A stretch of 64,000 nt of DNA, from assembly GCA_031414535.1 (NCBI GenBank), contig JANNVQ010000055.1, forward strand, positions 15,592 through 79,591. Direction: 5' to 3'. Shown one piece after another: positions 27,433 to 37,328 of this stretch (its first letter is position 1; every line of letters starts with the position of its first letter). Below the pieces are notes generated by a model. The model had not been told where the DNA came from and did no database searches. It was given only the letters and a program-made list of their open reading frames with translations. Source of the stretch: Gemmatimonas sp. Lineage in GTDB: Bacteria > Gemmatimonadota > Gemmatimonadetes > Gemmatimonadales > Gemmatimonadaceae. Made by a program: the position numbers and the translations under genes.

Positions 27433-29349
27433 ATGGCATCCATCGCTCACCCCACGACTGCGGCCCACGCGTCGGCGGAGAATGAGAACACCGGTATCTG
27501 GAGCTGGATCACAACGGTCGATCACAAGCGGATCGGCACCTTGTACCTCTGGACCGCGCTCTTCTTCTTCCTCGTCGGCGGCTTCGAGGCCACCCTAATC
27601 CGCACGCAGCTCATGAAGCCGAACATGGGCTTCGTGAGCGCCGAGACGTACAACCAGCTGTTCACGATGCATGGAACGACGATGGTGTTCCTTGCCGTGA
27701 TGCCGCTCTCGGCGGCGTTCTTCAACTATTTGATTCCGCTGCAGATTGGCGCGCGCGACGTGGCGTTCCCGCGTTTGAACGCGTTCTCGTACTGGGTGTA
27801 TTTACTCGGCGGCATCTTCATCACGCTGCCGATTCTGTTCCAGGTTGCGCCTGATGGCGGCTGGTTTGGCTACGCGCCGCTTACCACGCCACGCTTCTCG
27901 ACCGGACCGAATATCGACTTCTGGGTGCTCGGACTCCAGATCCTCGGCATCTCCTCGCTCGCGGCGGCGTTCAACTTCATCACCACCATCGTGAACCTCC
28001 GTGCGCCAGGCATGAGCCTGATGCGCATGCCGATGTTTACGTGGATGTCGTTTGTGGTGCAGTTCCTCATTATCCTCGCGTTCCCGCCGATCACGGTGGC
28101 GCTGTTCTTCCTCCTGATGGATCGTTTCTTCGGGACGAACTTCTACGCGATTGCCGCCGGCGCCGACCCGCTGCTGTGGCAGCACCTGTTCTGGGTCTTC
28201 GGTCACCCAGAGGTGTACATCCTGATTCTCCCGGCCTTCGGACTCGTGTCCGAAGTGCTGCCCACCTTCTCGAAGAAGCCGCTGTTCGGCTACAACGTGA
28301 TGGTGTACTCGGGCATCATGATCGGCTTCCTCGGCTTTGGCGTCTGGGCCCACCATATGTTCGCGGTGGGAATGGGCGCGGTCGCTGACTCGATATTCTC
28401 GCTGATGACGATGCTCATCGCGATTCCCACCGGCGTGAAGATTTTCAACTGGATTGCCACGATGTGGAGCGGCGAGGTCCGCTTCACGGTGCCGATGAAG
28501 TTTGCGATCGCGCTCATCGCGATGTTCACCATCGGTGGCATCTCCGGCGTGATGCACTCGTCGCCGCCGGCCGACCTGCAGCAGACGGACACCTACTTCG
28601 TGGTGGCGCACTTCCACTACGTGCTGTTCGGCGGCTCCATCATGGGCATCTTCGCCGGTATCTATTTCTATTATCCGAAGATGACGGGCCGGCATCTCAA
28701 CGAGACGCAAGGCAACTGGCATTTTTGGCTGAATTTCATCGGCATGAACCTCACGTTCTTTCCGATGCACTTCAGCGGCCTGATGGGTATGTCGCGCCGC
28801 ATCTATACGTATGACGCGGGGCAGGGCTTCGACCTGTTCAACATGATGGCGACCTACGGGACATACCTGCTCGTGGTGGCGACGGCAATTTTCGTCTGGA
28901 ACTTCGTGCGCAGCCACAAGCACGGCGAGATTGCCGGCAACGACCCCTGGGGAGGCGCCACGCTCGAGTGGTCCATTCCTTCGCCGCCGCCGGAGTACAA
29001 CTTCGCGCAGATTCCTGAGGTCACCTCACGCTATCCGCTGTGGGATCTGAAGGATCCGAAGATGACGGCGGGTATTGATCACTCGCACGCCGACGCGAAG
29101 GTCATCACCGACACGCACGCGGTTCCGGTGCACGAGGAGACGCAGCGTCACACGGCCAAGGAGCTCGGCATTCCAATGCCGCTGCCCACGGCCAAGCCAC
29201 TGTTCGTCGCCTTTTCGATGGTCGTGATGTTCTGCGGCCTGCTCTTCCTGCGCATAGATATGTTCGCCGTCGCGTTGACGGTAATGCTTGGCGGCGCCGC
29301 AGCCATGATCGCTGGGCTGTATCTGTGGCTCACCAGCCCCCTCGAGTAA
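27433..29349 (+). CDS. ctaD: Cytochrome c oxidase subunit I (A1 type)
   Basis: TVDHKRIG, FTMHGTTM, WVFGHPEVY, VWAHHMF, VAHFHYV; C-terminal extension with two extra TM helices. Confidence 0.98.
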   Translation: MASIAHPTTAAHASAENENTGIWSWITTVDHKRIGTLYLWTALFFFLVGGFEATLIRTQLMKPNMGFVSAETYNQLFTMHGTTMVFLAVMPLSAAFFNYLIPLQIGARDVAFPRLNAFSYWVYLLGGIFITLPILFQVAPDGGWFGYAPLTTPRFSTGPNIDFWVLGLQILGISSLAAAFNFITTIVNLRAPGMSLMRMPMFTWMSFVVQFLIILAFPPITVALFFLLMDRFFGTNFYAIAAGADPLLWQHLFWVFGHPEVYILILPAFGLVSEVLPTFSKKPLFGYNVMVYSGIMIGFLGFGVWAHHMFAVGMGAVADSIFSLMTMLIAIPTGVKIFNWIATMWSGEVRFTVPMKFAIALIAMFTIGGISGVMHSSPPADLQQTDTYFVVAHFHYVLFGGSIMGIFAGIYFYYPKMTGRHLNETQGNWHFWLNFIGMNLTFFPMHFSGLMGMSRRIYTYDAGQGFDLFNMMATYGTYLLVVATAIFVWNFVRSHKHGEIAGNDPWGGATLEWSIPSPPPEYNFAQIPEVTSRYPLWDLKDPKMTAGIDHSHADAKVITDTHAVPVHEETQRHTAKELGIPMPLPTAKPLFVAFSMVVMFCGLLFLRIDMFAVALTVMLGGAAAMIAGLYLWLTSPLE

Positions 29350-29355
29350 CCGACA

Positions 29356-30042
29356 ATGTCCGCACACGCAGACGGCGCAGCACACGCCGAACATCACACG
29401 CACTACACGACCACCGGTCTCGACAACCGGAAGATCGCCATCTGGGCGTTCATCGGGTCGGAGTGCATGCTCTTCGCTTCGCTCATCGCGACCTACCTGA
29501 TTTACAAGGGCAAGTCGCTGGTCGGTCCGTATCCGCACACCGAGTACATCGATGCCGCGGGCAAGGTGTTCAAGCCCATCCTCGACATCCCAGTCACCTC
29601 GGCGTCCACCTTCGTGCTCTTGGCGTCATCGTTCGCGATGGTGCTCGCCCTGCAGGCCGTGCAACTAAAGGGCGTCCCACTGCCCTCGGGCGCTGGCTGG
29701 TGGACGCGCGCGCAGCGCTCCTCGCAGCTCTGGCTCGCAGTGACCGCCGCACTGGGCACCACCTTTCTCGGCTTCCAGGCCTACGAGTTCACCGCATTCG
29801 TGAACGAAGGCCTGACCATCAAGACCAACCTGTTTGGCTCCACGTTCTTCACGCTGACCGGCTTCCACGGCGCGCACGTGACCGTGGGCGTGCTCTGGCT
29901 GATGTCGCTACTCTGGGTGGATCGCACCCGCGGCCTGGCCGGTCCGGGCGATGAGCTGCTCGTAGACATCACGGCGCTGTACTGGCACTTCGTGGACGTC
30001 GTCTGGATCGCGATCTTTACGCTCGTCTACCTCATTCAGTAA
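29356..30042 (+). CDS. ctaE: Cytochrome c oxidase subunit III
   Basis: WAFIGSECMLF, FFTLTGFHGAHV, LYWHFVDVVW. Confidence 0.96.
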   Translation: MSAHADGAAHAEHHTHYTTTGLDNRKIAIWAFIGSECMLFASLIATYLIYKGKSLVGPYPHTEYIDAAGKVFKPILDIPVTSASTFVLLASSFAMVLALQAVQLKGVPLPSGAGWWTRAQRSSQLWLAVTAALGTTFLGFQAYEFTAFVNEGLTIKTNLFGSTFFTLTGFHGAHVTVGVLWLMSLLWVDRTRGLAGPGDELLVDITALYWHFVDVVWIAIFTLVYLIQ

Positions 30043-30054
30043 CCGGGCACCGAA

Positions 30055-30378
30055 ATGGCACACGAATCCGCGCACGTCGACAAGCACGCCGCCCACGCGC
30101 ATCCGAACGGTGCGACCTACCTCAAGATCTTCGTCATCCTGACGCTGATTACGGTGGTCGAGGTCTGGGCGTACTACATCCCAGCCCTCGTTGCGTCCCC
30201 GCTGTTCAATCCGTCGCTCATCATCATGTCGGCGGTGAAGTTCGCCATCGTGGTGATGTTCTATATGCACCTGAAGTACGATCACAAGATTTTCAAAATG
30301 CTATTCAGCGGACCGCTCGTCATTGCCATGGCGACGATTGTGGCGCTGTTGTTCCTGTTCCGGCAGCTCAGCTTCTAG
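30055..30378 (+). CDS. ctaF: Cytochrome c oxidase subunit IV (caa3)
   Basis: YLKIFVILTLITVVEV, KFAIVVMFYMHLKYD; operon position. Confidence 0.9.
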   Translation: MAHESAHVDKHAAHAHPNGATYLKIFVILTLITVVEVWAYYIPALVASPLFNPSLIIMSAVKFAIVVMFYMHLKYDHKIFKMLFSGPLVIAMATIVALLFLFRQLSF

Positions 30379-30395
30379 AAAGAACGGCAGAGGCC

Positions 30396-30527
30396 TTTCA
30401 CCACGAAGGCACGAAGGGAATCGAAACACACTCACGGCCCCGCAACCCTAAAGAAGCTCTAGCTTCTTGGCGTAGCGGGGCCGAAAGTTTTCTGCAAACT
30501 CTTCGTGCCTTCGTGGTGAAAGCCGTT
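30396..30527. repeat. Nested-hairpin intergenic element, family 1 copy C
   Basis: Arms 30399-30418 / 30499-30518 (1 mismatch), tail AAAGCCGTT; inner stem CGGCCCCGC 30435-30443 / 30475-30483 with AAGAAGCT/AGCTTCTT apex. Confidence 0.93.
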
Positions 30528-30541
30528 AAATTTCCAGACGA

Positions 30542-31372
30542 ATGCGCATTCCACAGATATTCCTGCACCCCAACGTTGACCTGAGCCAAGGCGGATTCAC
30601 TACGCATTGGTCTACAGTCACGGGGTTGGTCGTATTGCAGGCGCTGTGGATTCTTCGTGCACGCGCGCATGCGCCCCACGAGAAGCCGAGCCCACTTCAG
30701 ACTTTCTGCTTCACCATCGGTCTCGTGGTGATGTTCTTCGCGTTGAATGGGCCGGTGCACGATATCTCCGACTTCTATTTGTTCAGCGGACACATGGTGC
30801 AGCATCTCGTGCTTACCATCGTCGTGCCGCCGCTGCTCCTGCTGGGCACGCCGGGCTGGATGCTGCGGCCTGCGCTCAAGAACGCCACCGTGAATCGCGT
30901 CGCGAAGATCATCACCGTCCCGACCGCGGCATTCACAATCTTCAATCTCGTCCTCGCTGGCTGGCACCTGCCGCCGATGTATAACGCGGCCATGTACTAC
31001 CATGCCGTGCACATCATTCAACACCTGATGTTCCTGGTGGCGGCAGTGCTCATGTGGTGGCCCATGCTGAGCCCGTTGCCGGAGTTGCCGCGCTTGAGCT
31101 ACCCGGGACAGATGCTGTACAGCTTCGTGATGACGCTACCGATGACCATCATATCAATCTTCATCGTCTATGCCGACCACGTGCTGTATCCCGCCTACGC
31201 GAGCTCGCCGCGGCTCTGGGGGCTGTCTCCACTGGAGGACCAGCGGCTTGGTGGACTCATCATGTGGATACCGGGCGGATTGTTCTTTTATCTACTGACT
31301 TCGGTGATTTTCTTCCGCTGGGTGACGGCCGAGCGCGACGATCAGGTCGGAGCTCAGGTCCGCGAGGCCTAG
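30542..31372 (+). CDS. ctaG: caa3 oxidase assembly factor CtaG family
   Basis: LFSGHMVQHL..PPLLLLGTP, WHLPP.Y, HIIQHL, LEDQRLGGLIMWIPG; directly after the oxidase operon. Confidence 0.9.
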   Translation: MRIPQIFLHPNVDLSQGGFTTHWSTVTGLVVLQALWILRARAHAPHEKPSPLQTFCFTIGLVVMFFALNGPVHDISDFYLFSGHMVQHLVLTIVVPPLLLLGTPGWMLRPALKNATVNRVAKIITVPTAAFTIFNLVLAGWHLPPMYNAAMYYHAVHIIQHLMFLVAAVLMWWPMLSPLPELPRLSYPGQMLYSFVMTLPMTIISIFIVYADHVLYPAYASSPRLWGLSPLEDQRLGGLIMWIPGGLFFYLLTSVIFFRWVTAERDDQVGAQVREA

Positions 31373-31406
31373 GAGCAACCCCTCCGGGGTGCTAACCTAC
31401 GAGGAG

Positions 31407-32963
31407 ATGCCACCGCGACCGCTACTTCTTCTGACCCTCTCTGCGGCCTTGCTGGCTGCTGAGGTTGGCGCGCAGGGCACGAGTCGGCCACCAGCACCAC
31501 GCCCCACCGGGCAGGTGGCCCGTCCCACGGTCTCCGCCGCTGCCCGCAGGCCCGCACCGAACCGCAGCGTGTTGCGCGCCACCACGCCCAGAGGTTTGGC
31601 CGCGCTCAAGCGCGACTTGGACTACCTCGTGAACTCGAGTACGAATCGAGGTGAATGGGGCGTCGCCGTCGTATCGCTCACGCGTGGAGACACGCTGTAC
31701 GCGCGCGAAGCGGATGAGATGCTGCTCCCCGCTTCGACGATGAAGCTCTTCACGGCCGCGATCGTTTTTGAGCGGTTTGGCCCGGCGCATCAGTTTCGCA
31801 CGGATATCCTTCGCGACGGAGAGTTGGGTCGCGATGGGACTTTGAGTGGGAACCTGTATCTCAAGGGTGCAGGCGATCCTTCGCTCGGGGCGCGGTATCG
31901 CGCCTGGCACGGCGGTGTGGCACCGATGGAAGCAATCGCCGACCTTGTCTATGCCTCGGGTGTGCGCCGCGTCTCCGGCGGCATCATTGGCGATGCGTCG
32001 GCGTTCGAGAGTCGTCGCGTGCCCGAAGGCTGGCGTACACGCTACCTGCAAGCTGGCTATGCAGCCCGAGTCTCGGCGCTCTCGGTCAATGAGAATGTCG
32101 CCAACATCGTGGTGCGCTCCACGGCCGGCGGCGCGACGGTGAGTTTCGACGAGCCCCTCATTGGCATACCCATCTATCCCACGGTGCAGGTGCGTCCCGG
32201 CCAGCGCGGCGCGCGCATCAGCGTGTGGCAAGACACGACGGCGGATCGCTTTCGCGTCACTGGATGGATTGGCGCCCTGAGTCCCGAGCGTACGTATCGC
32301 GTCGTGGTGGAACAGCCGGAGCGCTTCGCGGCGGCGGCGTTCCGCGCGGCGCTTGAGAAGCGAGGCATCGTGGTGGATGGCGAGACGTCCGCCTCCACCG
32401 CACCCGCGACTGCGGAGCGCCTCACAGCCTGGGCATCACCGCCACTCGCGCAACTCGTGGTGACCATGAACGGCGAGAGCAACAATCACTTTGCCGAATT
32501 ATTGTTCCGCAACGCCGCGCGCTCGGTGAGCGGAGTGGGGAGCGCCGAAGCGGCGAATGAGGCGCTCCGCACCTTCTTGTCGGAGCGGGTCGGCGTTCGG
32601 CGGGACGCCGTGTACGCCGCTGACGGCAGTGGTCTCTCGACGCTCGATCGCGTGACGGCGCGCTCAATGGTGCAACTGCTCGCCTACGCCGGCTCGGCGC
32701 CCTGGGGGCAGGTGTTTCAAGCCACGCTCCCGGTGGCGGGACGCAGCGAGACGCTCCGCACTCGCATGCGCCGCACGCCCGCCGCCGACAATCTGCGCGC
32801 CAAGACTGGCACCACCAACGACGTCACCTCGCTCGCCGGCTACGTGAGTACGCACGACGGCGAGCCACTAGCCTTCGCATTCATCTATAACGGTCGTGAT
32901 CCGTGGCGCGCACGCGCCGCGATTGACGCGATGGGTGTGACGCTCGCGGGATTCTCCCGCTAG
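31407..32963 (+). CDS. dacB: D-Ala-D-Ala carboxypeptidase/endopeptidase (PBP4, peptidase S13)
   Basis: PASTMK (SxxK), GAGDPSL, ESNNHFAE (SxN), DGSGLS, AKTGT. Start at ATG 31407 or GTG 31389. Confidence 0.94.
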   Translation: MPPRPLLLLTLSAALLAAEVGAQGTSRPPAPRPTGQVARPTVSAAARRPAPNRSVLRATTPRGLAALKRDLDYLVNSSTNRGEWGVAVVSLTRGDTLYAREADEMLLPASTMKLFTAAIVFERFGPAHQFRTDILRDGELGRDGTLSGNLYLKGAGDPSLGARYRAWHGGVAPMEAIADLVYASGVRRVSGGIIGDASAFESRRVPEGWRTRYLQAGYAARVSALSVNENVANIVVRSTAGGATVSFDEPLIGIPIYPTVQVRPGQRGARISVWQDTTADRFRVTGWIGALSPERTYRVVVEQPERFAAAAFRAALEKRGIVVDGETSASTAPATAERLTAWASPPLAQLVVTMNGESNNHFAELLFRNAARSVSGVGSAEAANEALRTFLSERVGVRRDAVYAADGSGLSTLDRVTARSMVQLLAYAGSAPWGQVFQATLPVAGRSETLRTRMRRTPAADNLRAKTGTTNDVTSLAGYVSTHDGEPLAFAFIYNGRDPWRARAAIDAMGVTLAGFSR

Positions 32964-32969
32964 AGCGGG

Positions 32970-33224
32970 CTAGCTGAGCAGCGGTCCTTCGGTGGCGCTC
33001 GGGTCCGTCGCCGCGGTGGCATCAAGAATTCGCACCGCAGTGTCCACGTCGCCCTGACGCACGACGAGGCGCACGGGGTTCAACACATTCAAGAACGGCA
33101 GCATCCCGCCAGCGTTGTCCTTCAAGAGCATGCTGACAATGCCGTTGGCATCGAGCACCGATTGCGCAAACTCGGCTTCGATGCTGTTCTGATACGACCG
33201 GACGACGAACGCATTCTCTGGCAT
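32970..33224 (-). CDS. DUF2007 / putative signal-transducing small protein
   Basis: YQNSIEAEFAQSVLDANGI..VRLVV...D...AVRIL; GGAGG RBS before ATG 33224. Confidence 0.8.
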   Translation of the reverse strand: MPENAFVVRSYQNSIEAEFAQSVLDANGIVSMLLKDNAGGMLPFLNVLNPVRLVVRQGDVDTAVRILDATAATDPSATEGPLLS

Positions 33225-33334
33225 CGTACCTCCGGAGGCCGTGTGGATGAGCGGGTATCGTAACCTTGGCGCCGAATGTTGGCTAGGCGCTCCCATGTGG
33301 GAAGATACCGTGCGGTGAGCGCAATAGTTCCCCG

Positions 33335-34534
33335 CTAGCCCTCGCGCATCCAGCGCAAGGTTTCACGAAGTGTCGGCTCCTTCCCGTACATCAACATGCC
33401 AGCGCCAAACACCTTGCCCGCTATGCGTCTGAAGAGCCAAGTGGTCGCGGAAAGCAGCAACAACGCCAATACTACCTCCCACCACGCGACCGTCGTCACC
33501 GCGAGACGCATCGGCATCATCGCGCTGGAGGTAAGGGGAAAGACGCCAAGCACTTGAGCCGCCGGCGAATCAAGCTTGGATGTCATGCCGAACGCCACGC
33601 CAATCGGCAGCATCGGCGCAAAGAGGAGCAGCGTGCGCGTCGAGCTGTTCGGATCGTCAATCGTCGCGGCGATTGCGGCCATCAGGCTGAACCACAGCAC
33701 CACGCCCAGTAGCGTGATGAGGGTAATGAGCGCGAGTACACCGAAGTCCCCGCCCAGTGACGGCATGGGCAATGCGCTGCGACCGAGCGCCAAGGGTAGC
33801 ACCTTCACCACGGCGTAGAGGCCGATGGTCGTGATGCCGGTTCCTACCAGCGCCGCACCGGTAAGTCCGATGATCTTGCCGTCCATCCACACCTGCGGCG
33901 GAACGATGGCAACCAACTGTTCCGTCACGCGCTGCTGCTTCTCACCCGTGATGCCCGTGAACAGCGTACCAAATCCGCCCATGACCAGCGTGAACCCGAT
34001 GAACAGGATGGCCAGCGCCGTGATGCGCGTCGAGAGTTCCGTACGCCTGGCGCCAGCATCTGTGAGTGTCTTGCGGAAGGCGAATGGCGTCACTAAGGCC
34101 GCGCCTTCCGGCGACGCGGCCACGACCCGTGCGAGCAACGCGGACTGCCGCGCTGCCGTCAGCGCACGCTCGAGAGTTTCCGCCCACTCGGCCTGTGATC
34201 GAATCATCAGTTCCGCCTCGAGGGCCGACGTCACCACGAGCACGCCGCTCAGTCTCTTCTCAGCGAGCGCCGCGCTTGCGGACGCCACCGTCCACGATTC
34301 GGAGCTATCCCAGGCCACGGGCTTGGCCTCGGGAAGCGGGAAGCCCAGCAAATCGCCGCCAATCACAGCAATCATCCTCGGCTTTTGCTCCGCCTTCGCA
34401 ACGGATCGTCCAACGAAGCCTCCGCCGAAGCCCATCACGAGCAAAATCGCGAAGCCAATGAGCTGCTGCTTCCACTTCACGAAGCGCATGAATTCCCAGC
34501 GCGCCACCTCCCACGTCTGTTGCCAGCGCGTCAC
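33335..34534 (-). CDS. ABC-2 type permease (NatB/YhaP-like)
   Basis: VARWEF, GITGEKQQRVTEQL...MDGKIIG, FPLTS..MMPMR, GMLMYGK. Confidence 0.88.
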   Translation of the reverse strand: MTRWQQTWEVARWEFMRFVKWKQQLIGFAILLVMGFGGGFVGRSVAKAEQKPRMIAVIGGDLLGFPLPEAKPVAWDSSESWTVASASAALAEKRLSGVLVVTSALEAELMIRSQAEWAETLERALTAARQSALLARVVAASPEGAALVTPFAFRKTLTDAGARRTELSTRITALAILFIGFTLVMGGFGTLFTGITGEKQQRVTEQLVAIVPPQVWMDGKIIGLTGAALVGTGITTIGLYAVVKVLPLALGRSALPMPSLGGDFGVLALITLITLLGVVLWFSLMAAIAATIDDPNSSTRTLLLFAPMLPIGVAFGMTSKLDSPAAQVLGVFPLTSSAMMPMRLAVTTVAWWEVVLALLLLSATTWLFRRIAGKVFGAGMLMYGKEPTLRETLRWMREG

Positions 34535-35274
34535 GCCGCCTCCCCATTGGTGATGCCAAGTTCCGCGTTGGCCGCTCCTACCTTTTCGACGTAGAGATCG
34601 TGCAGCGTCCCTCCGGCCACGAGCTCGCAGATACTCCCGTGCAGGAGTTCCTTGCCGCGATGTAGCACCATCACACGATCCGCCATTCGCTCTACCAGCG
34701 ACATCTGGTGCGCGCTGAACAGCAGCGTGGTGCCCGCCGCGCGAAGCTCACGCACAATCGAAAGGAATAACTCTTGATTGATCGGATCGAGGCCGCTGAA
34801 TGGTTCGTCCAGAATCGCGAAGCGTGGCGAATGCAGAATCGCTGCGGCCAGCTGCACCTTCTGCTGGTTGCCCTTTGACAAAGCGCTCAGCTTCTCCTTG
34901 GCGCGGTCGCCGAGTTCAAAGCGCTCAAGCCAAGTACTGGCGCGGCGTTCTGCCTCAGGGCCCGCTATGCCGCGCAGACGCGCGAAGTACGTGAGCGTGC
35001 GCTTGATGGGCATATCCTGATACAGGCCGCGATCCTCAGGCAGGTACCCCAGGTCGGCTGGTGGCAGCGATGAAGCGCCGCCCTGCCACACAATCCGTCC
35101 ACGGTCTGGCCGCGTGATGCCGACGAGCATGCGGAGCAGTGTGGTCTTGCCAGCGCCGTTGGGGCCGAGCAACGCGACGGCCTCGCCGGGCTGCACCTCG
35201 AGAGAAATGCCCGCGACGGCCTGCACCGTGCTGTAGCGCTTCTCGACGCGATCAATCGTGAGGAATGCTGTCAT
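34531..35274 (-). CDS. ABC transporter ATP-binding protein (NatA/YhaQ-like)
   Basis: GPNGAGKTT, GYLPEDRGLY, LSKGNQQK, ILDEPFSGLDP, SAH. Start at ATG 35274. Confidence 0.93.
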   Translation of the reverse strand: MTAFLTIDRVEKRYSTVQAVAGISLEVQPGEAVALLGPNGAGKTTLLRMLVGITRPDRGRIVWQGGASSLPPADLGYLPEDRGLYQDMPIKRTLTYFARLRGIAGPEAERRASTWLERFELGDRAKEKLSALSKGNQQKVQLAAAILHSPRFAILDEPFSGLDPINQELFLSIVRELRAAGTTLLFSAHQMSLVERMADRVMVLHRGKELLHGSICELVAGGTLHDLYVEKVGAANAELGITNGEAA

Positions 35275-35357
35275 GGTTCCCGATACGAAAGCGTGCGGGC
35301 TAACGTTTCGGCAAGAGCGCAACGATTTGCGTGATAGCTGGACAAGTACAAGGGCTA

Positions 35358-35490
35358 TTCACCACGAAGGCACGAAGGGCTCCCTGCAGCGTCCATCATC
35401 GACGCGCCCCCTAAAGTTCTTAGACTTTAGGGGGCGCGCTGAGTTACAGATCTGCTGGAAACCCTTCGTGCCTTCGTGGTGAAAGTCGTT
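35358..35490. repeat. Nested-hairpin intergenic element, family 1 copy D
   Basis: Perfect 20-bp arms 35360-35379 / 35462-35481, tail AAAGTCGTT; perfect 15-bp inner stem of different sequence, CGCGCCCCCTAAAGT 35403-35417 / 35424-35438. Confidence 0.93.
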
Positions 35491-37321
35491 ACCGCGAACG
35501 CAGCGTCGAACTCCCACCCTTCTGCGAATCAGCCGTCACGGTAAACGGCCCCGCTCCCTGCACAATCCACTTCACGCGCACGATGCCCTGACCGGGAATG
35601 TTGCCCACGCGAATCGTGCCTGGATTGTTCTTCTGCTCCGTGGCATCGCCATTGAGCGGATTGTCCACGATGAAGCCCGAGATTACACGCCCGCCCGACA
35701 GCGAAATCAGGTTTGGCCGTGAGATGCGATTCTCGATGTCCTGCTGCGTGTGCGTCGGCGCAACGCGGCGGTTCACCACCACCGCCGTGACTTCCGTGAG
35801 CCCGTTGCCCAGCGAGCGCGTCGTCACCGAGTCCACCTGTACCAGTGGCATCTGCGAGGTCTGGTAGAGCGTAAACATCATGTTGCGATGCCCGTCGCTC
35901 TGCAGCATGAAGCCTGGCTCCACGCGCCCGAAGTTCTTCTTGGTGCCGCCAACTTCCACGCGCCCGTACTGCGGGTGGCCTACTTCCGTCCACTCCACCA
36001 TCGCCTCGCCCATCAGCAGCAGGCGATTGAAGCGGGACTCCGTGGTCTGGTAGCGACGATTCTGCGCATTCCCGCCGCCAAAACCACCATCATCCTGCGC
36101 GTTCTTGTAGAAGTAGAGGAACGGCGTCCACAGCTCGTTGGAAAACGTCAGGATACCGCGCGCCCCATAAAACCAATCGAGTTCTCCACCCCACACCGTG
36201 TAGAGATCCTTCCACACAATCATGTAGCGGTAACCCGGCAGCACTTCCTCGCCAACGCGGCCGAGCTGGTCGAAGACCTGCACGTCCTGCGGGCGATACT
36301 CATCCTGAGGCACGCCCGGACCACGGAGCAGCATCCCGCCGCTGTTGTGGTAGCTCTGGGCGCCGGCAATGTTGGGATGCGCAATCACGAAATTCATGAT
36401 GTTGCGCGTCTCCATGAGCGAACCGGGATAGCGATCCGCGCCGCCCTGCACATACTGCGGCGCCCAACGCCAAGGCCAATTACGGTTCGGGTCGTAGACG
36501 CCGGGCCCGTCTTCGTTCACGACGCCGTCGCCGTCGTTGTCAAAGCCCTCGGCGCCGAGTAGGTCGTACTCGCCTTGTTCGCCGGGCAGCACCGGCACCA
36601 AGAGCCGCGGATCTTCCGGCGACACACGAAAGCGGCCGTTCGTATTGCGACGGCGCATCTGCGTGATGTGGCCGTCGCCATTCAGGTCATCCAAGCCGTC
36701 TTCGTCCACGCGCCCGTCGCCGTCCGTGTCGCGCGGCGCGAGACCGGTACGCGGCGAACTCGCGTTGTTGGGCTCGTGGATGTAATGGTCGCGTCCGTCC
36801 GGATTGATGCTGGGCACGATGTACAGCGTGTAATTGCGCAGCAGCGAATCCACGGCCGGCACGCGGTCCGCCATCTCCGCGAGGTACCACGCCGTGTACA
36901 GCGAGAACTCGGCGCCCTGTATCTCGTTGGCGTGGATGTTGCCGTCAATCCACATCGCCGGCTTCTTGTCTGCATCACCCACCGCGAAGTTGGTGACGGT
37001 GACCAGGAACATCTCACGGCCTTCTGTGCTCTTGCCAATCGTGCCAAGCTTCACGAAGCCCGGATGCGCCGTGGAGAGACGACGGGCAATCTCGTGCAGG
37101 CCGGCGTGATCGTAGAAGCGATCCCAGCTGACGGCCACCTTTGGGTTTGGGGGCGAGCCGAGTGCGGCCAGCGCACCAGCCACTGGTGGCTGCGTGGCGC
37201 GCGTGGCTGGTGGTGAGGTTCGGATTTGCGCACACAGCGCAACAGGTGTGGCCACGAGGGCCGCGAGCGTGAATAGCGCACCAATGCGTGGTGCGACGGA
37301 CTTCGTCAATGCAAATGGCAT
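35489..37321 (-). CDS. Secreted M14 family zinc carboxypeptidase
   Basis: IGKSTEGR, IDGNIHANE (HxxE), INPDG, DPNRNW, QSYHNSG; DxDxDG inserts. Confidence 0.9.
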   Translation of the reverse strand: MPFALTKSVAPRIGALFTLAALVATPVALCAQIRTSPPATRATQPPVAGALAALGSPPNPKVAVSWDRFYDHAGLHEIARRLSTAHPGFVKLGTIGKSTEGREMFLVTVTNFAVGDADKKPAMWIDGNIHANEIQGAEFSLYTAWYLAEMADRVPAVDSLLRNYTLYIVPSINPDGRDHYIHEPNNASSPRTGLAPRDTDGDGRVDEDGLDDLNGDGHITQMRRRNTNGRFRVSPEDPRLLVPVLPGEQGEYDLLGAEGFDNDGDGVVNEDGPGVYDPNRNWPWRWAPQYVQGGADRYPGSLMETRNIMNFVIAHPNIAGAQSYHNSGGMLLRGPGVPQDEYRPQDVQVFDQLGRVGEEVLPGYRYMIVWKDLYTVWGGELDWFYGARGILTFSNELWTPFLYFYKNAQDDGGFGGGNAQNRRYQTTESRFNRLLLMGEAMVEWTEVGHPQYGRVEVGGTKKNFGRVEPGFMLQSDGHRNMMFTLYQTSQMPLVQVDSVTTRSLGNGLTEVTAVVVNRRVAPTHTQQDIENRISRPNLISLSGGRVISGFIVDNPLNGDATEQKNNPGTIRVGNIPGQGIVRVKWIVQGAGPFTVTADSQKGGSSTLRSR

Positions 37322-37328
37322 TGGTCGC

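Noticed and set aside
26141..31372. Oxidase operon as a novel system
   Set aside because: Standard caa3 A1-type ctaCDEF-ctaG; heme A and SCO genes being elsewhere is common.
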